In this document: positions 1 through 7,560 of the stretch, in pieces
Position numbering within the stretch: the stretch's first letter is position 1
Layout of the letters: each line of letters begins with the position of its first letter
DNA from: Actinomycetota bacterium
GTDB lineage: Bacteria; Actinomycetota; Acidimicrobiia; Acidimicrobiales; RAAP-2
Direction: 5' to 3'
Assembly: GCA_021324045.1 (NCBI GenBank)
Contig: JAJPJV010000023.1
Location: forward strand, 80,687-104,686
DNA: 24,000 bases
Program-made: the position numbers and the translations under genes
The notes under the pieces: model-generated
What the model saw: the letters and a program-made list of their open reading frames with translations, nothing else
The model's database searches: none
What the model was told of the DNA's origin: nothing

Positions 1-14
1 ACCTCATCGCCAGC

Positions 15-596
15 ATGGGAGGTCTGGTGATGGTGGTCGTGCTCCTGGTCGCCGGTGGCCTTTTGATGTGGGGCTCCAGCTACGCCAACTCGAACGTGCA
101 CAACCAGCTTGCCCAGCAGGAGATCTTCTTCCCGCCCAAGGCAGCCTTCGCGCACGCCAAGCCCGGCACGGAGATCACCCCGTCGATGATCCCCACCGTC
201 TCCCAGTACGCGGGCCAACAGGTCCTCACCGGCCGCCAAGCGGAGGTGTACGCGGACGACTTCATCGCGGTGCACCTCTACGAGATGCCCTACCACGGCG
301 TCTACGCAAAGATCAGCGCAGCGGCACGAGCGGCAAAGCCCGGGACGCCCCAGGCGGCGAAGCTGACGGCACTCGAGCAGACGTCCTTCCAAGGGACCAC
401 GCTGCGAGGGCTGTTGCTCGAGGCGTACGGCTTCTCGACCTTCGGCGAGATTGCCTTCTGGGCCGGGATCGCGGCGTTCTCCCTTGCGTTCGTCATGGCG
501 GTGTTGGTGTCGTTGGGCTTCTGGCACGCACGGCGCACCCCTGCCGATGCGGAGCTGCTGGCGGCGGCGCGGGAGCGCAGCTTGAGTGCAGCCTGA
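15..596 (+). CDS. hypothetical membrane protein with N- and C-terminal TM helices; 5' end possibly outside window
   Basis: 193-aa ORF with GC-rich third positions. Hydrophobic segments LVMVVVLLVAGGLLMW (N-terminal) and IAFWAGIAAFSLAFVMAVLVSLGFW (C-terminal). The frame stays open back to nt 3, so the start is uncertain. A long hairpin follows at 610-659. Confidence 0.6.
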   Translation: MGGLVMVVVLLVAGGLLMWGSSYANSNVHNQLAQQEIFFPPKAAFAHAKPGTEITPSMIPTVSQYAGQQVLTGRQAEVYADDFIAVHLYEMPYHGVYAKISAAARAAKPGTPQAAKLTALEQTSFQGTTLRGLLLEAYGFSTFGEIAFWAGIAAFSLAFVMAVLVSLGFWHARRTPADAELLAAARERSLSAA

Positions 597-609
597 GTGC
601 TCCAACCTC

Positions 610-659
610 GCATCGATCCAATCCTTGGTCCAGGACCGGACCAGGGGTTGGATCGATGC
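610..659 (+). terminator. 22-bp stem / 6-nt loop hairpin after the membrane-protein stop codon (putative intrinsic terminator without a U-tract)
   Basis: GCATCGATCCAATCCTTGGTCC (610-631) pairs with GGACCAGGGGTTGGATCGATGC (638-659). Checked base by base: 20 Watson-Crick pairs plus 2 G-U pairs, loop AGGACC. It starts 14 nt after the TGA at 594-596. No T-run follows. Confidence 0.5.
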
Positions 660-689
660 AGTGGAATCGGCTCGAGCAGGGCGGGATCG

Positions 690-1157
690 ATGGGACAACG
701 GCTCGTCAAGGACTTCATGGTGACCGCAGTGGTGACGCTCTTTCCTGAGGACCGGATCGAAAGGGCGGTGGCCACCTTGCTCGAGCACCAGGTGGGCGGA
801 GCGCCGGTCGTTGACGCCCAAGGTCGTCTCGTTGGCCTGCTCTCGGATCGCGACCTTCTTGTGCGCCAGGGTCGCATCCACGTGCCGACGATCTTCACCA
901 TTTTCTCCGAGCACGGTCGTGGCTTCCCGCCGCCGTCGCTCGAGGCCTTCGTCACCGCACTGCACAAGGCCCTGGGAACCACCGTCGGCGAGGTCATGGA
1001 CCCGAACCCCCCGACCTGCACCGAGGAGGAGACCGCAGAGGACGTTGCCACCCGCATGCTCGATCACGACGCGTCCCGGCTACCCGTCGTTCGGGACGGC
1101 ATCCTCGTGGGCATCGTGGCTCGGGGTGACCTCCTGCGGCTGTTGGGCGCTGGTTGA
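690..1157 (+). CDS. CBS-pair domain protein
   Basis: Two CBS-like repeats: VKDFMVTAVVTLFPEDRIERAVATLLEHQVGGAPVVDAQGRLVGLLSDRDLL and VGEVMDPNPPTCTEEETAEDVATRMLDHDASRLPVVRDGILVGIVARGDLL. I chose the ATG at 690. The longer ORF from 597 would run through the 610-659 hairpin. Confidence 0.8.
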   Translation: MGQRLVKDFMVTAVVTLFPEDRIERAVATLLEHQVGGAPVVDAQGRLVGLLSDRDLLVRQGRIHVPTIFTIFSEHGRGFPPPSLEAFVTALHKALGTTVGEVMDPNPPTCTEEETAEDVATRMLDHDASRLPVVRDGILVGIVARGDLLRLLGAG

Positions 1158-1357
1158 GCGCCGCGGTCTCCGACGATGAGCTTGGCCTGGCGGCGGCGCC
1201 GGATTCCGGACCGCCGGAGGGCACCCTGCCGGGCGGTCGAAGCCACCGTCGCCTCAGCCCGGCGGGGGCATGGGTGCACGGCGATCGACCGCTGGCTGGT
1301 ATTGGGTTACCAGGCACTGAGCGCGCCAGCGCGGTGCCTTCGACCGAAGGAGGCTCC

Positions 1358-1726
1358 ATGGCGGTCCAGTTGAACCACACGATCGTTCCGGCCCACGACA
1401 AGAACGCCTCGGCGACGTTCTTGGCCGAGATCCTCGGTCTGGATCCCCCGAAGCGCTTCGGGCCGTTTCTGTGCGTCGAGACGGCCAACGGGGTGAGCTT
1501 GGACTACGACGATCGCCGAGCGGTGACGCGTCATCACTACGCGTTCTTGGTCACCGAGGAGGAGTTCGACGCCATCTTCGCCAGGGTGCAGGCCCGAGGT
1601 CTCCGGTACTGGGCGGATCCGGGCCATCAGCGAGAGAACGTCATCAACGACCACGGGCGAGGCTTCTACTTCGAGGACCCCTCGGGTCACAACATGGAGG
1701 TGCTGACCCGGCCCTACGGCAGCTGA
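1358..1726 (+). CDS. VOC (glyoxalase/bleomycin-resistance/dioxygenase) family protein
   Basis: 122 aa: MAVQLNHTIVPAHDKNASATFLAEILGL...HHYAFLVTEEEFDAIFARVQARGLRYWADP...GFYFEDPSGHNMEVL. This is typical of the single VOC fold. The ATG at 1358 is preceded by GAAGGAGG (1346-1353). The upstream part of the 1154 ORF is Arg/Pro-rich and looks non-coding. Confidence 0.8.
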   Translation: MAVQLNHTIVPAHDKNASATFLAEILGLDPPKRFGPFLCVETANGVSLDYDDRRAVTRHHYAFLVTEEEFDAIFARVQARGLRYWADPGHQRENVINDHGRGFYFEDPSGHNMEVLTRPYGS

Positions 1727-1885
1727 GCGCACGGGAACGAGCAGGCAGCTTGCCGATACCGGTGCCGCTGCATCCATTCCCCCGAGGTGTCGGTACAGCG
1801 GTCTGGATACCAGCTCGCCGGCAGGAACCGACGAAGTGGTTTCTGACCTCTGGCAGGATGCAGGGCGACAGGACCGATACTGGAG

Positions 1886-2377
1886 GTGAGCACATTGTCT
1901 GCTCGGGAGCAGCGGCGGGGTCGCCGCATCGCCATGTCGTCCGAGGAGCGGGACGCCTTCTTGGCTGCAGAGCGTACGTGCCGGGTCGCCACCATCAATG
2001 GCGACGGCTCTCCGCACATCTCGCCGCTGTGGTTCGTCTGGTATCAGGACGCGGTTTGGCTCAACTCGCTCGTCAAGAGTCAGCGCTGGACGAACATCAT
2101 GCGCGATCCGCGCGTCGCCGTGGTGATCGACGGCGGTCACGATTACGGGGAGCTCCGAGGAGTGGAGATCATCGGCCGCGCTGAGGTCGTCGGAGAAGTG
2201 CCGCGGACCGGATTGGAGAACCCCGTGCTCGACGAGCCCGAACGCCTGAATGCCCTCAAGTACGCCGACGGCATCGTGCGCCATGACGGCCGCCACGCCT
2301 GGCTCAGGGTTGTTCCGCAAAAGATCGTGAGCTGGGACTTCACAAAGCTCGGCCTGCGGGAGGCCCCGACGTCCTGA
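1886..2377 (+). CDS. pyridoxamine 5'-phosphate oxidase (PPOX)-like / F420-dependent flavoprotein family
   Basis: EERDAFLAAERTCRVATINGDGSPHISPLWFVWYQDAVWLNS...RVAVVIDGG..YGELRGVEIIGRAEVV fits the PPOX split-barrel family. Start is ambiguous: GTG 1886, TTG 1895 (8 nt after GGAGG at 1882-1886) or ATG 1934. Confidence 0.7.
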   Translation: MSTLSAREQRRGRRIAMSSEERDAFLAAERTCRVATINGDGSPHISPLWFVWYQDAVWLNSLVKSQRWTNIMRDPRVAVVIDGGHDYGELRGVEIIGRAEVVGEVPRTGLENPVLDEPERLNALKYADGIVRHDGRHAWLRVVPQKIVSWDFTKLGLREAPTS

Positions 2378-2423
2378 GGGTTCGGCACCGGGATGCCGCC
2401 ACGGTGCGCGCGGGGCGATACCG

Positions 2424-3569
2424 CTACGAGGCCAGCCGGCTCAGTACCTCACGGGCGATCACGACGCGCTGGATCTGGTTCGTTCCCTCGTAGATCTGTG
2501 TGATCTTGGCATCGCGGAGGAACCGTTCGACCGGATGCGCCGTGGTGTAGCCGTAGCCGCCGAGCAGCTGGACAGCGTTGGTCGTGACCTCCATGGCCAC
2601 GTCGGACGCGAAGCACTTCGCCATGGCGCTGAGCGCCGTCGACTCCCCGTAGGGGTTGTGGGCATCGATGTGGGCGAGGGCTTCATAGACCAGCGCACGG
2701 GCAGCCTCGGTTTTCATGGCCATGTCGGCAAGCAGGAACCGAAGCCCCTGGAACTCGGCAATGGGCTTTCCGAACTGGTGGCGTTGGCCCATGTAGCGTG
2801 CCGCGTAGTCAAGGGCCCCCTGCGCGATGCCGACGGCTTGGGCACCGATCACCGGTCGTGAGGAGTCCAAGGTGGCCATGGCGATGTTGAAGCCTTGCCC
2901 TTCGGCGCCGATGCGGTTCTCCGCAGGGACTCGGACGTCTTGGAGGATCACCTCGCCGGTCGGGCTGCCGCGGACCCCGAGCTTGGACTCCAACTTGCCG
3001 ATCTGGACCCCCCAGTCGCGTTCGACCAGAAAACAGCTGATCCCCCGACGGCCAGCGTCGGGGTCGGTCTTGGCGAAGACGGTATAGAGGTCGCTCATCC
3101 CGGCATTGGTGATCCAGTATTTGGTGCCGTTCAGGACGTAGTGGTCGCCCTCACGCCGGGCGGTAGTCCTCATCGCAGCGACATCGGACCCGGCATCAGG
3201 CTCAGAAAGGCAATAGCTCGCCTGCCATTCACCCGAGGCGACGCGGGGGAGGTAGCGCTGTTTCTGCTCGGGGGAACCCCAGTTGATGAGCGGAGTCGTA
3301 CCCAGCCGCGAGATGAGCGCAGTGAGCGAGGAAGAGGCACAGACCCGGGCCATCTCCTCGATGAGGATCCCGCAGGAGATGGCATCTGCCCCATCGCCAC
3401 CGTATTCCTCGGGGAACTGCATGCGCACCCAGCCATGGGCGACGTAGGACTTGAACGATTCGACGGGAAAGCGCTGCTCACGGTCGACACCGGCAGCATG
3501 GGGCGCAAGCTCTTCCTCGGCCCAACGTCGGATCGCAGCACGGAGTTGGCGGTGTTCTTCGGTGATCAT
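2424..3569 (-). CDS. acyl-CoA dehydrogenase (short/branched-chain type)
   Basis: 381 aa from MITEEHRQLRAAIRRWAEEEL. Typical ACAD blocks are present: SEPDAGSDVAAM, YWITNAG, and a C-terminal IYEGTNQIQRVVIAR with the catalytic Glu of the MCAD/SCAD type. The ATG at 3567-3569 overlaps the upstream gene's stop as ATGA. The 510-aa ORF extension is rejected. Confidence 0.9.
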   Translation of the reverse strand: MITEEHRQLRAAIRRWAEEELAPHAAGVDREQRFPVESFKSYVAHGWVRMQFPEEYGGDGADAISCGILIEEMARVCASSSLTALISRLGTTPLINWGSPEQKQRYLPRVASGEWQASYCLSEPDAGSDVAAMRTTARREGDHYVLNGTKYWITNAGMSDLYTVFAKTDPDAGRRGISCFLVERDWGVQIGKLESKLGVRGSPTGEVILQDVRVPAENRIGAEGQGFNIAMATLDSSRPVIGAQAVGIAQGALDYAARYMGQRHQFGKPIAEFQGLRFLLADMAMKTEAARALVYEALAHIDAHNPYGESTALSAMAKCFASDVAMEVTTNAVQLLGGYGYTTAHPVERFLRDAKITQIYEGTNQIQRVVIAREVLSRLAS

Positions 3570-4027
3570 GGCGAGCCGGCCCGTTCGTAGGAGATCGTGG
3601 GGCGAGGATGCCCTGGGTCCTGGGATCCATCGTGCTCGCGCGCCTGGGCGATCGCTTCCGAGACAGCCTCGACAACCTCTTTGGCGGAGGCACCTGGGAG
3701 CAGGATGCGGGAGACCCCCATCCTCCGCAGCGTGTCGAAATCCCTCGTGGGGATGATGCCGCCCACCACGACCGGGAGGTTGAGGCCCCTTGCTCGAAGC
3801 GCTTGGAGAACGGCAGGGACCAAGGCGAGGTGGCCACCGGAATGCATCGAGAGGCCCACCGCGTCGACGTCTTCCTGCGCGGCGGTGGCAGCGATCATCT
3901 CCGGGGTCTGGCGGAGCCCGCCGTAGATGACCTCGAAGCCGGCGTCGCGTAGGCAACGCGCCACGACCTTGAGGCCGCGGTCATGGCCGTCGAGGCCGAC
4001 TTTGGTCACGAGCACTCGGTGCACCAT
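3566..4027 (-). CDS. cobalamin (B12)-binding small subunit of an acyl-CoA mutase (IcmB/MCM C-terminal domain type)
   Basis: HRVLVTKVGLDGHDRGLKVVARCLRDAGFEVIYGG carries the base-off/His-on DxHxxG motif (DGHDRG, nt 3974-3991). GLSMHSGGH and VVVGGIIP blocks are also present. Its start lies 2 nt after the large-subunit stop. Confidence 0.9.
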   Translation of the reverse strand: MVHRVLVTKVGLDGHDRGLKVVARCLRDAGFEVIYGGLRQTPEMIAATAAQEDVDAVGLSMHSGGHLALVPAVLQALRARGLNLPVVVGGIIPTRDFDTLRRMGVSRILLPGASAKEVVEAVSEAIAQAREHDGSQDPGHPRPTISYERAGSP

Positions 4028-4029
4028 GC

Positions 4030-5691
4030 TCAGACGACGGAGCGTTCGTCCCAGGTCCCGAAGACCTCGGCCAAGGTGGCCATGATCTCTCCGACGGTCG
4101 CATACGCACGCACGGCCTCGAGGACGGCGGGGAAGAGATTGACGGTCGGGTCGGCGGCATCGCTGCGGAGCGCAGCCAGGCTCTCGCTGACCGCGTCGCT
4201 GTTGCGGGTCGCCTTGACCGTGGCCAGGCGTTTGAGCTGGAGCTCCTCGGTCTGGGCCTCGATCGCCAACAGTTCTGGTTCGTGCTCGTCCCCTTCGGTG
4301 AAGGCGTTGACCCCCACCAGGATCCGCCGACCGTCGTTCAGGCGCCGTTCGAAGTCGGCGGATGCCTCGGCGATGCGGGTTTGGAACCAGTTCTCTTCGA
4401 TCCCGCGGTAGACGCCCTCGAGCATCGACCCGTTGCCGAGCTGCTCGAGCTCTGCGAAGAGGGCTTCAGCTTGACGCTCGACCTCGTCGGTCAGCCACTC
4501 GACGAACGGTGCTCCCCCCAGCGGATCGGCGACGTGGGCGACCCCGGTCTCGTGGGCGATCACCTGCTGGGTGCGTAGCGCGATGCGCGCGGCCTTGTCG
4601 GTCGGGAGCGCGAGCGCCTCGTCGAATGCGTCGGTGTGCAGGCTCTGGGTACCCCCGAGCACGGCGGCGAGTGCCTCGATCGCCACCCTGGCAATGTTGA
4701 CCTCGGGCTGCTGAGCGGTGAGGGAAACCCCGGCAGTCTGGGTGTGGAAGCGAAGCTGCATCGAGCGCTCGTTGGTGGCGCCATAGCGTTGCTTCATCCA
4801 TCGGGCCCAGATGCGGCGCGCCGCGCGGTACTTGGCAATCTCTTCGAAGAAATCGATGTGCGCGTTGAAGAAGAAGGAAAGGCGCGGCGCGAAGGCGTCC
4901 ACCTCCATGCCCGCCGCCCTGGCTGCTTCGACATAGGCAAAGCCGTTGGCCAAGGTGAAGGCCAGCTCCTGGACCGCCGTGGAACCCGCCTCACGGATGT
5001 GGTAGCCCGAGATGGAGATGGGATGCCATTTGGGCATCTCGGCCGCGCAGAACGAGACGACGTCGGTGACCAGTCGCATCGATGGGCGCGGTGGGAAGAC
5101 GTACTCCTTCTGGGCCTGGTATTCCTTCAAGATGTCGTTCTGGATGGTCCCTCCGAGGACACGGCGTTCGATGCCCGCCTTCTCGGCCACCGCCACGTAC
5201 ATCGCCAACAAGGCGATGGCGGGAGAGTTGATGGTCATCGAGGTCGTGACCTTCGAAAGGTCGATCCCAGAAAAGAGGTCCTCCATGTCGGCAAGGGTGT
5301 CCACGGCCACCCCGCCCTTTCCGACCTCGCCCAAGGCCAAGGGGTCATCGGAGTCCCGGCCCATGAGGGTGGGGAGGTCGAATGCCGTGGACAGCCCCGT
5401 CCCCCCCGAGCACAGGAGCTCTTTGAACCTGGCGTTGGTGTCCTCGGGGGTACCGAAGCCTGCGAACATGCGCATCGTCCAGAGCTTCGATCGGTACATG
5501 GAGGCGTACGGCCCACGGGTGTAGGGCCACTGCCCTGGGTACAGGTCGTCCTCGGCGCCGTAGGCGGGCTCGAGCGGAATCCCCGAAATGGTGACCGCGT
5601 CGTGGTCACGCAGGGGAGCCGCCTCATACGCTCGGCGCCAGTCCGCTCGCCCGGTCACCGGCTCAGTATAGCCATCCGGTTGTACGTCCAA
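4030..5691 (-). CDS. acyl-CoA mutase large (substrate/TIM-barrel) subunit, isobutyryl-CoA-mutase-like
   Basis: 553 aa with family blocks YTRGPYASMYRSKLWTMRMFAGFGT, GLSTAFDLPTLMGRDSDDP, GTIQNDILKEYQAQKEYVFPP, SGYHIREAG, HTQTAGVSLTAQQP and ADPLGG. It has no B12 domain, so this is a split enzyme. The annotated start is TTG 5689-5691, directly after an in-frame TAG. An alternative leaderless GTG lies at 5656-5658 (see findings). Confidence 0.9.
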   Translation of the reverse strand: MDVQPDGYTEPVTGRADWRRAYEAAPLRDHDAVTISGIPLEPAYGAEDDLYPGQWPYTRGPYASMYRSKLWTMRMFAGFGTPEDTNARFKELLCSGGTGLSTAFDLPTLMGRDSDDPLALGEVGKGGVAVDTLADMEDLFSGIDLSKVTTSMTINSPAIALLAMYVAVAEKAGIERRVLGGTIQNDILKEYQAQKEYVFPPRPSMRLVTDVVSFCAAEMPKWHPISISGYHIREAGSTAVQELAFTLANGFAYVEAARAAGMEVDAFAPRLSFFFNAHIDFFEEIAKYRAARRIWARWMKQRYGATNERSMQLRFHTQTAGVSLTAQQPEVNIARVAIEALAAVLGGTQSLHTDAFDEALALPTDKAARIALRTQQVIAHETGVAHVADPLGGAPFVEWLTDEVERQAEALFAELEQLGNGSMLEGVYRGIEENWFQTRIAEASADFERRLNDGRRILVGVNAFTEGDEHEPELLAIEAQTEELQLKRLATVKATRNSDAVSESLAALRSDAADPTVNLFPAVLEAVRAYATVGEIMATLAEVFGTWDERSVV

Positions 5692-5706
5692 CTATTGGAG
5701 GTCCAA
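5665..5706 (-). promoter_or_regulatory. putative mutase-operon promoter (-10 TATACT) plus a TCCAA/TTGGA inverted-repeat operator
   Basis: On the minus strand TATACT (5670-5665) is followed by 6 nt (gagccg) and then an in-frame GTG (5658-5656). TCCAA(5687-5691)-cta-TTGGA(5695-5699)-gg-TCCAA(5702-5706) sits over the -35 region, in an AT-richer patch of the divergent MarR/mutase region. Confidence 0.4.
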
Positions 5707-5828
5707 GTATGCGTGCGCCAGCGGAGACCGTGCGCCGGGCTCGAAGGGGCCCTGGCAGGCGGACCGAGGTGCCCGTCGGTGATCCGCCGGCCGACGAAGC
5801 AGTCCCAGGCGTGTCGGCGATGGATGGA

Positions 5829-5834
5829 TATCGT
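5829..5834 (+). promoter_or_regulatory. putative -10 box (TATCGT) of a leaderless MarR transcript
   Basis: TATCGT matches TAnnnT. It lies exactly 6 nt (gagcga) upstream of the ATG at 5841, which opens the conserved-looking MarR N-terminus MARPLRFDP. Confidence 0.35.
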
Positions 5835-5840
5835 GAGCGA

Positions 5841-6356
5841 ATGGCGCGACCGCTTCGCTTCGATCCGATCATGGAGGCACGCCGGCAGTGGATCGCACAT
5901 GGCTGGGCGGTTCCGGATTGGATGGCCGCGACGACCTCGATCACGCGGGCGCAGCAGATCATCCTTCGCCGGATCGACACGGCCCTGCGTCCCTTGGGCC
6001 TGACGTTCGCCCGCTATGAAGCACTGGTCCTGCTCTCGTTCTCTCGAAAGGGCTCGCTGCCGTTGGGAAAGATGGGCGATCGGTTGATGGTGCATCCCGC
6101 CAGCGTGACCAACGCGATCGACCGCCTCGAAGCAGATGGGCTCGTCGTTCGCTACCCCCATCCCACTGATCGTCGGACGATCCTGGCCGAGATCACCGAC
6201 GCCGGTCGGGCGCTGGTCGAGCAAGCCACCCGTGCGCTCGCGGCGATTCGCTATGGCTTGGAAGGAATGAGCGGTGCAGACGTTCGCGCCATCACGACGT
6301 TGCTCACGAGGCTTCGGAGCGCCGCAGGAGACTTCGTTGCAACTGGAGAAGCGTGA
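5841..6356 (+). CDS. MarR-family transcriptional regulator, divergent from the mutase operon
   Basis: Winged-HTH block LTFARYEALVLLSFSRKGSLPLGKMGDRLMVHPASVTNAIDRLEADGLVVRYPHPTDRRTILAEITDAGRAL. Start chosen at ATG 5841 (alternative 5820). The ORF-track start at 5709 adds an Arg/Pro-rich, non-coding-looking extension and would leave no intergenic space. Confidence 0.8.
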   Translation: MARPLRFDPIMEARRQWIAHGWAVPDWMAATTSITRAQQIILRRIDTALRPLGLTFARYEALVLLSFSRKGSLPLGKMGDRLMVHPASVTNAIDRLEADGLVVRYPHPTDRRTILAEITDAGRALVEQATRALAAIRYGLEGMSGADVRAITTLLTRLRSAAGDFVATGEA

Positions 6357-6453
6357 CGCAGGTGTCACGTGGATTCCGTCGGGTCGATGATCACATCCCC
6401 ACGCTTCGGAACGAGCGAATGATCGCGACCTCCACTGACAACGGGAGCGACCG

Positions 6454-7398
6454 ATGGGGCTGCTGGACAACAAGGTCGTGATCGTCACCGGTGGAGGGCG
6501 GGGCCTGGGGAGAAGTCATGCGCTGACCCTGGCTCGCCAGGGAGCGGTCGTCGTGGTGAACGACGTCGGCTGCTCCGTTCATGGCGAGGGCACCGACGCA
6601 ACGGTTGCCGAAGCGGTCGCTGAGCAGATCAGGGTTGGCGGGGGCAGCGCCACGAGTGATTCCACTTCGGTTACCGATCACCAGGGCGTTGGTCGACTGT
6701 TCCGACGCACGATCGAGCAGTTCGGGCGAATCGACGGCGTGGTCAACAATGCCGGGATCGTGCGGCCCAATGAGTTGCTGACCGCGATGACCGAGAGGGA
6801 CTTCGACGCCGTGCTCGCTGTGCACGTCAAAGGAACGTTCAACGTGCTGGCGCATGCAGCTCTGTACTTTCAAAGACGATGGAACGAGGGCGACCGCAGT
6901 GGCGGGCGTGTCGTTAACACGACCTCGGGAGCCGGTTTGCGCGGCTCGCCGGCCCTGTCGTACTCGACGGCCAAGGCCGGCATCGCCGCGTTGACCATTT
7001 CTGCAGCGATGCAGTTGCGTCCCTATGGCGTCACCGTCAACGCCATCTCCCCGGTTGCCCGGACCCGGATGAACCCGGGCGCCTTTGCTCCGGCATCCGA
7101 CGCGCACGCCCCTGGGGTCGACCCACTCGCGCCCGACCACGCCTCAGCGCTCGTCGCCTACCTGCTCTCGGATGCCGCTTCGTGGCTGACTGGACAAGTC
7201 CTTCGCGTCGACGGCAACGTCGTTCGCCGTTACGAGGGATGGAAAGTGGGTCCAAGGGCGTACCAGGGACGGGGCGAGGTGCTCGAGGCAGACGAGCTCG
7301 ACGACGCGTTGCGGGTGCTCTATGGCGTGCTGCCGGTTCCGTATCTCGATCCGGCTAATCCCCGTTCCGTGGAGCTGCCGGGGGTCACCGAGACATGA
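6454..7398 (+). CDS. SDR-family oxidoreductase (probable 3-hydroxyacyl-CoA dehydrogenase-like)
   Basis: VVIVTGGGRGLGRSHAL (TGxxxGxG), NNAGI, and a catalytic S...YSTAKAG (YxxxK) are all present. The internal insert and about 70-aa C-terminal extension recall MFE-2-type hydroxyacyl-CoA dehydrogenases. GGGAG lies 6 nt before the ATG. Confidence 0.85.
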   Translation: MGLLDNKVVIVTGGGRGLGRSHALTLARQGAVVVVNDVGCSVHGEGTDATVAEAVAEQIRVGGGSATSDSTSVTDHQGVGRLFRRTIEQFGRIDGVVNNAGIVRPNELLTAMTERDFDAVLAVHVKGTFNVLAHAALYFQRRWNEGDRSGGRVVNTTSGAGLRGSPALSYSTAKAGIAALTISAAMQLRPYGVTVNAISPVARTRMNPGAFAPASDAHAPGVDPLAPDHASALVAYLLSDAASWLTGQVLRVDGNVVRRYEGWKVGPRAYQGRGEVLEADELDDALRVLYGVLPVPYLDPANPRSVELPGVTET

Positions 7399-7560
7399 AT
7401 GCCCAGTGGGCGATACGTCGCACAGCCTCGGCGCGCTGCTGCGAGCGTTCGACTCGCCCGCCCCCGTGGAGACCGGCAGCAGGGCTGGAGGGTGGCCGGG
7501 GACCAGACTGGATCGACGGGAGCACGCACAAGGAACACAAGAGGAGAAGCGCTGATCGAC

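Noticed and set aside
3570-3956. N-terminal 129-codon extension of the acyl-CoA dehydrogenase ORF (510-aa version)
   Set aside because: The extension overlaps the B12-binding subunit gene in another frame and is Arg/Gly/Pro-rich. ACAD homology starts at MITEEHRQL, whose ATG forms an ATGA junction with the upstream stop.
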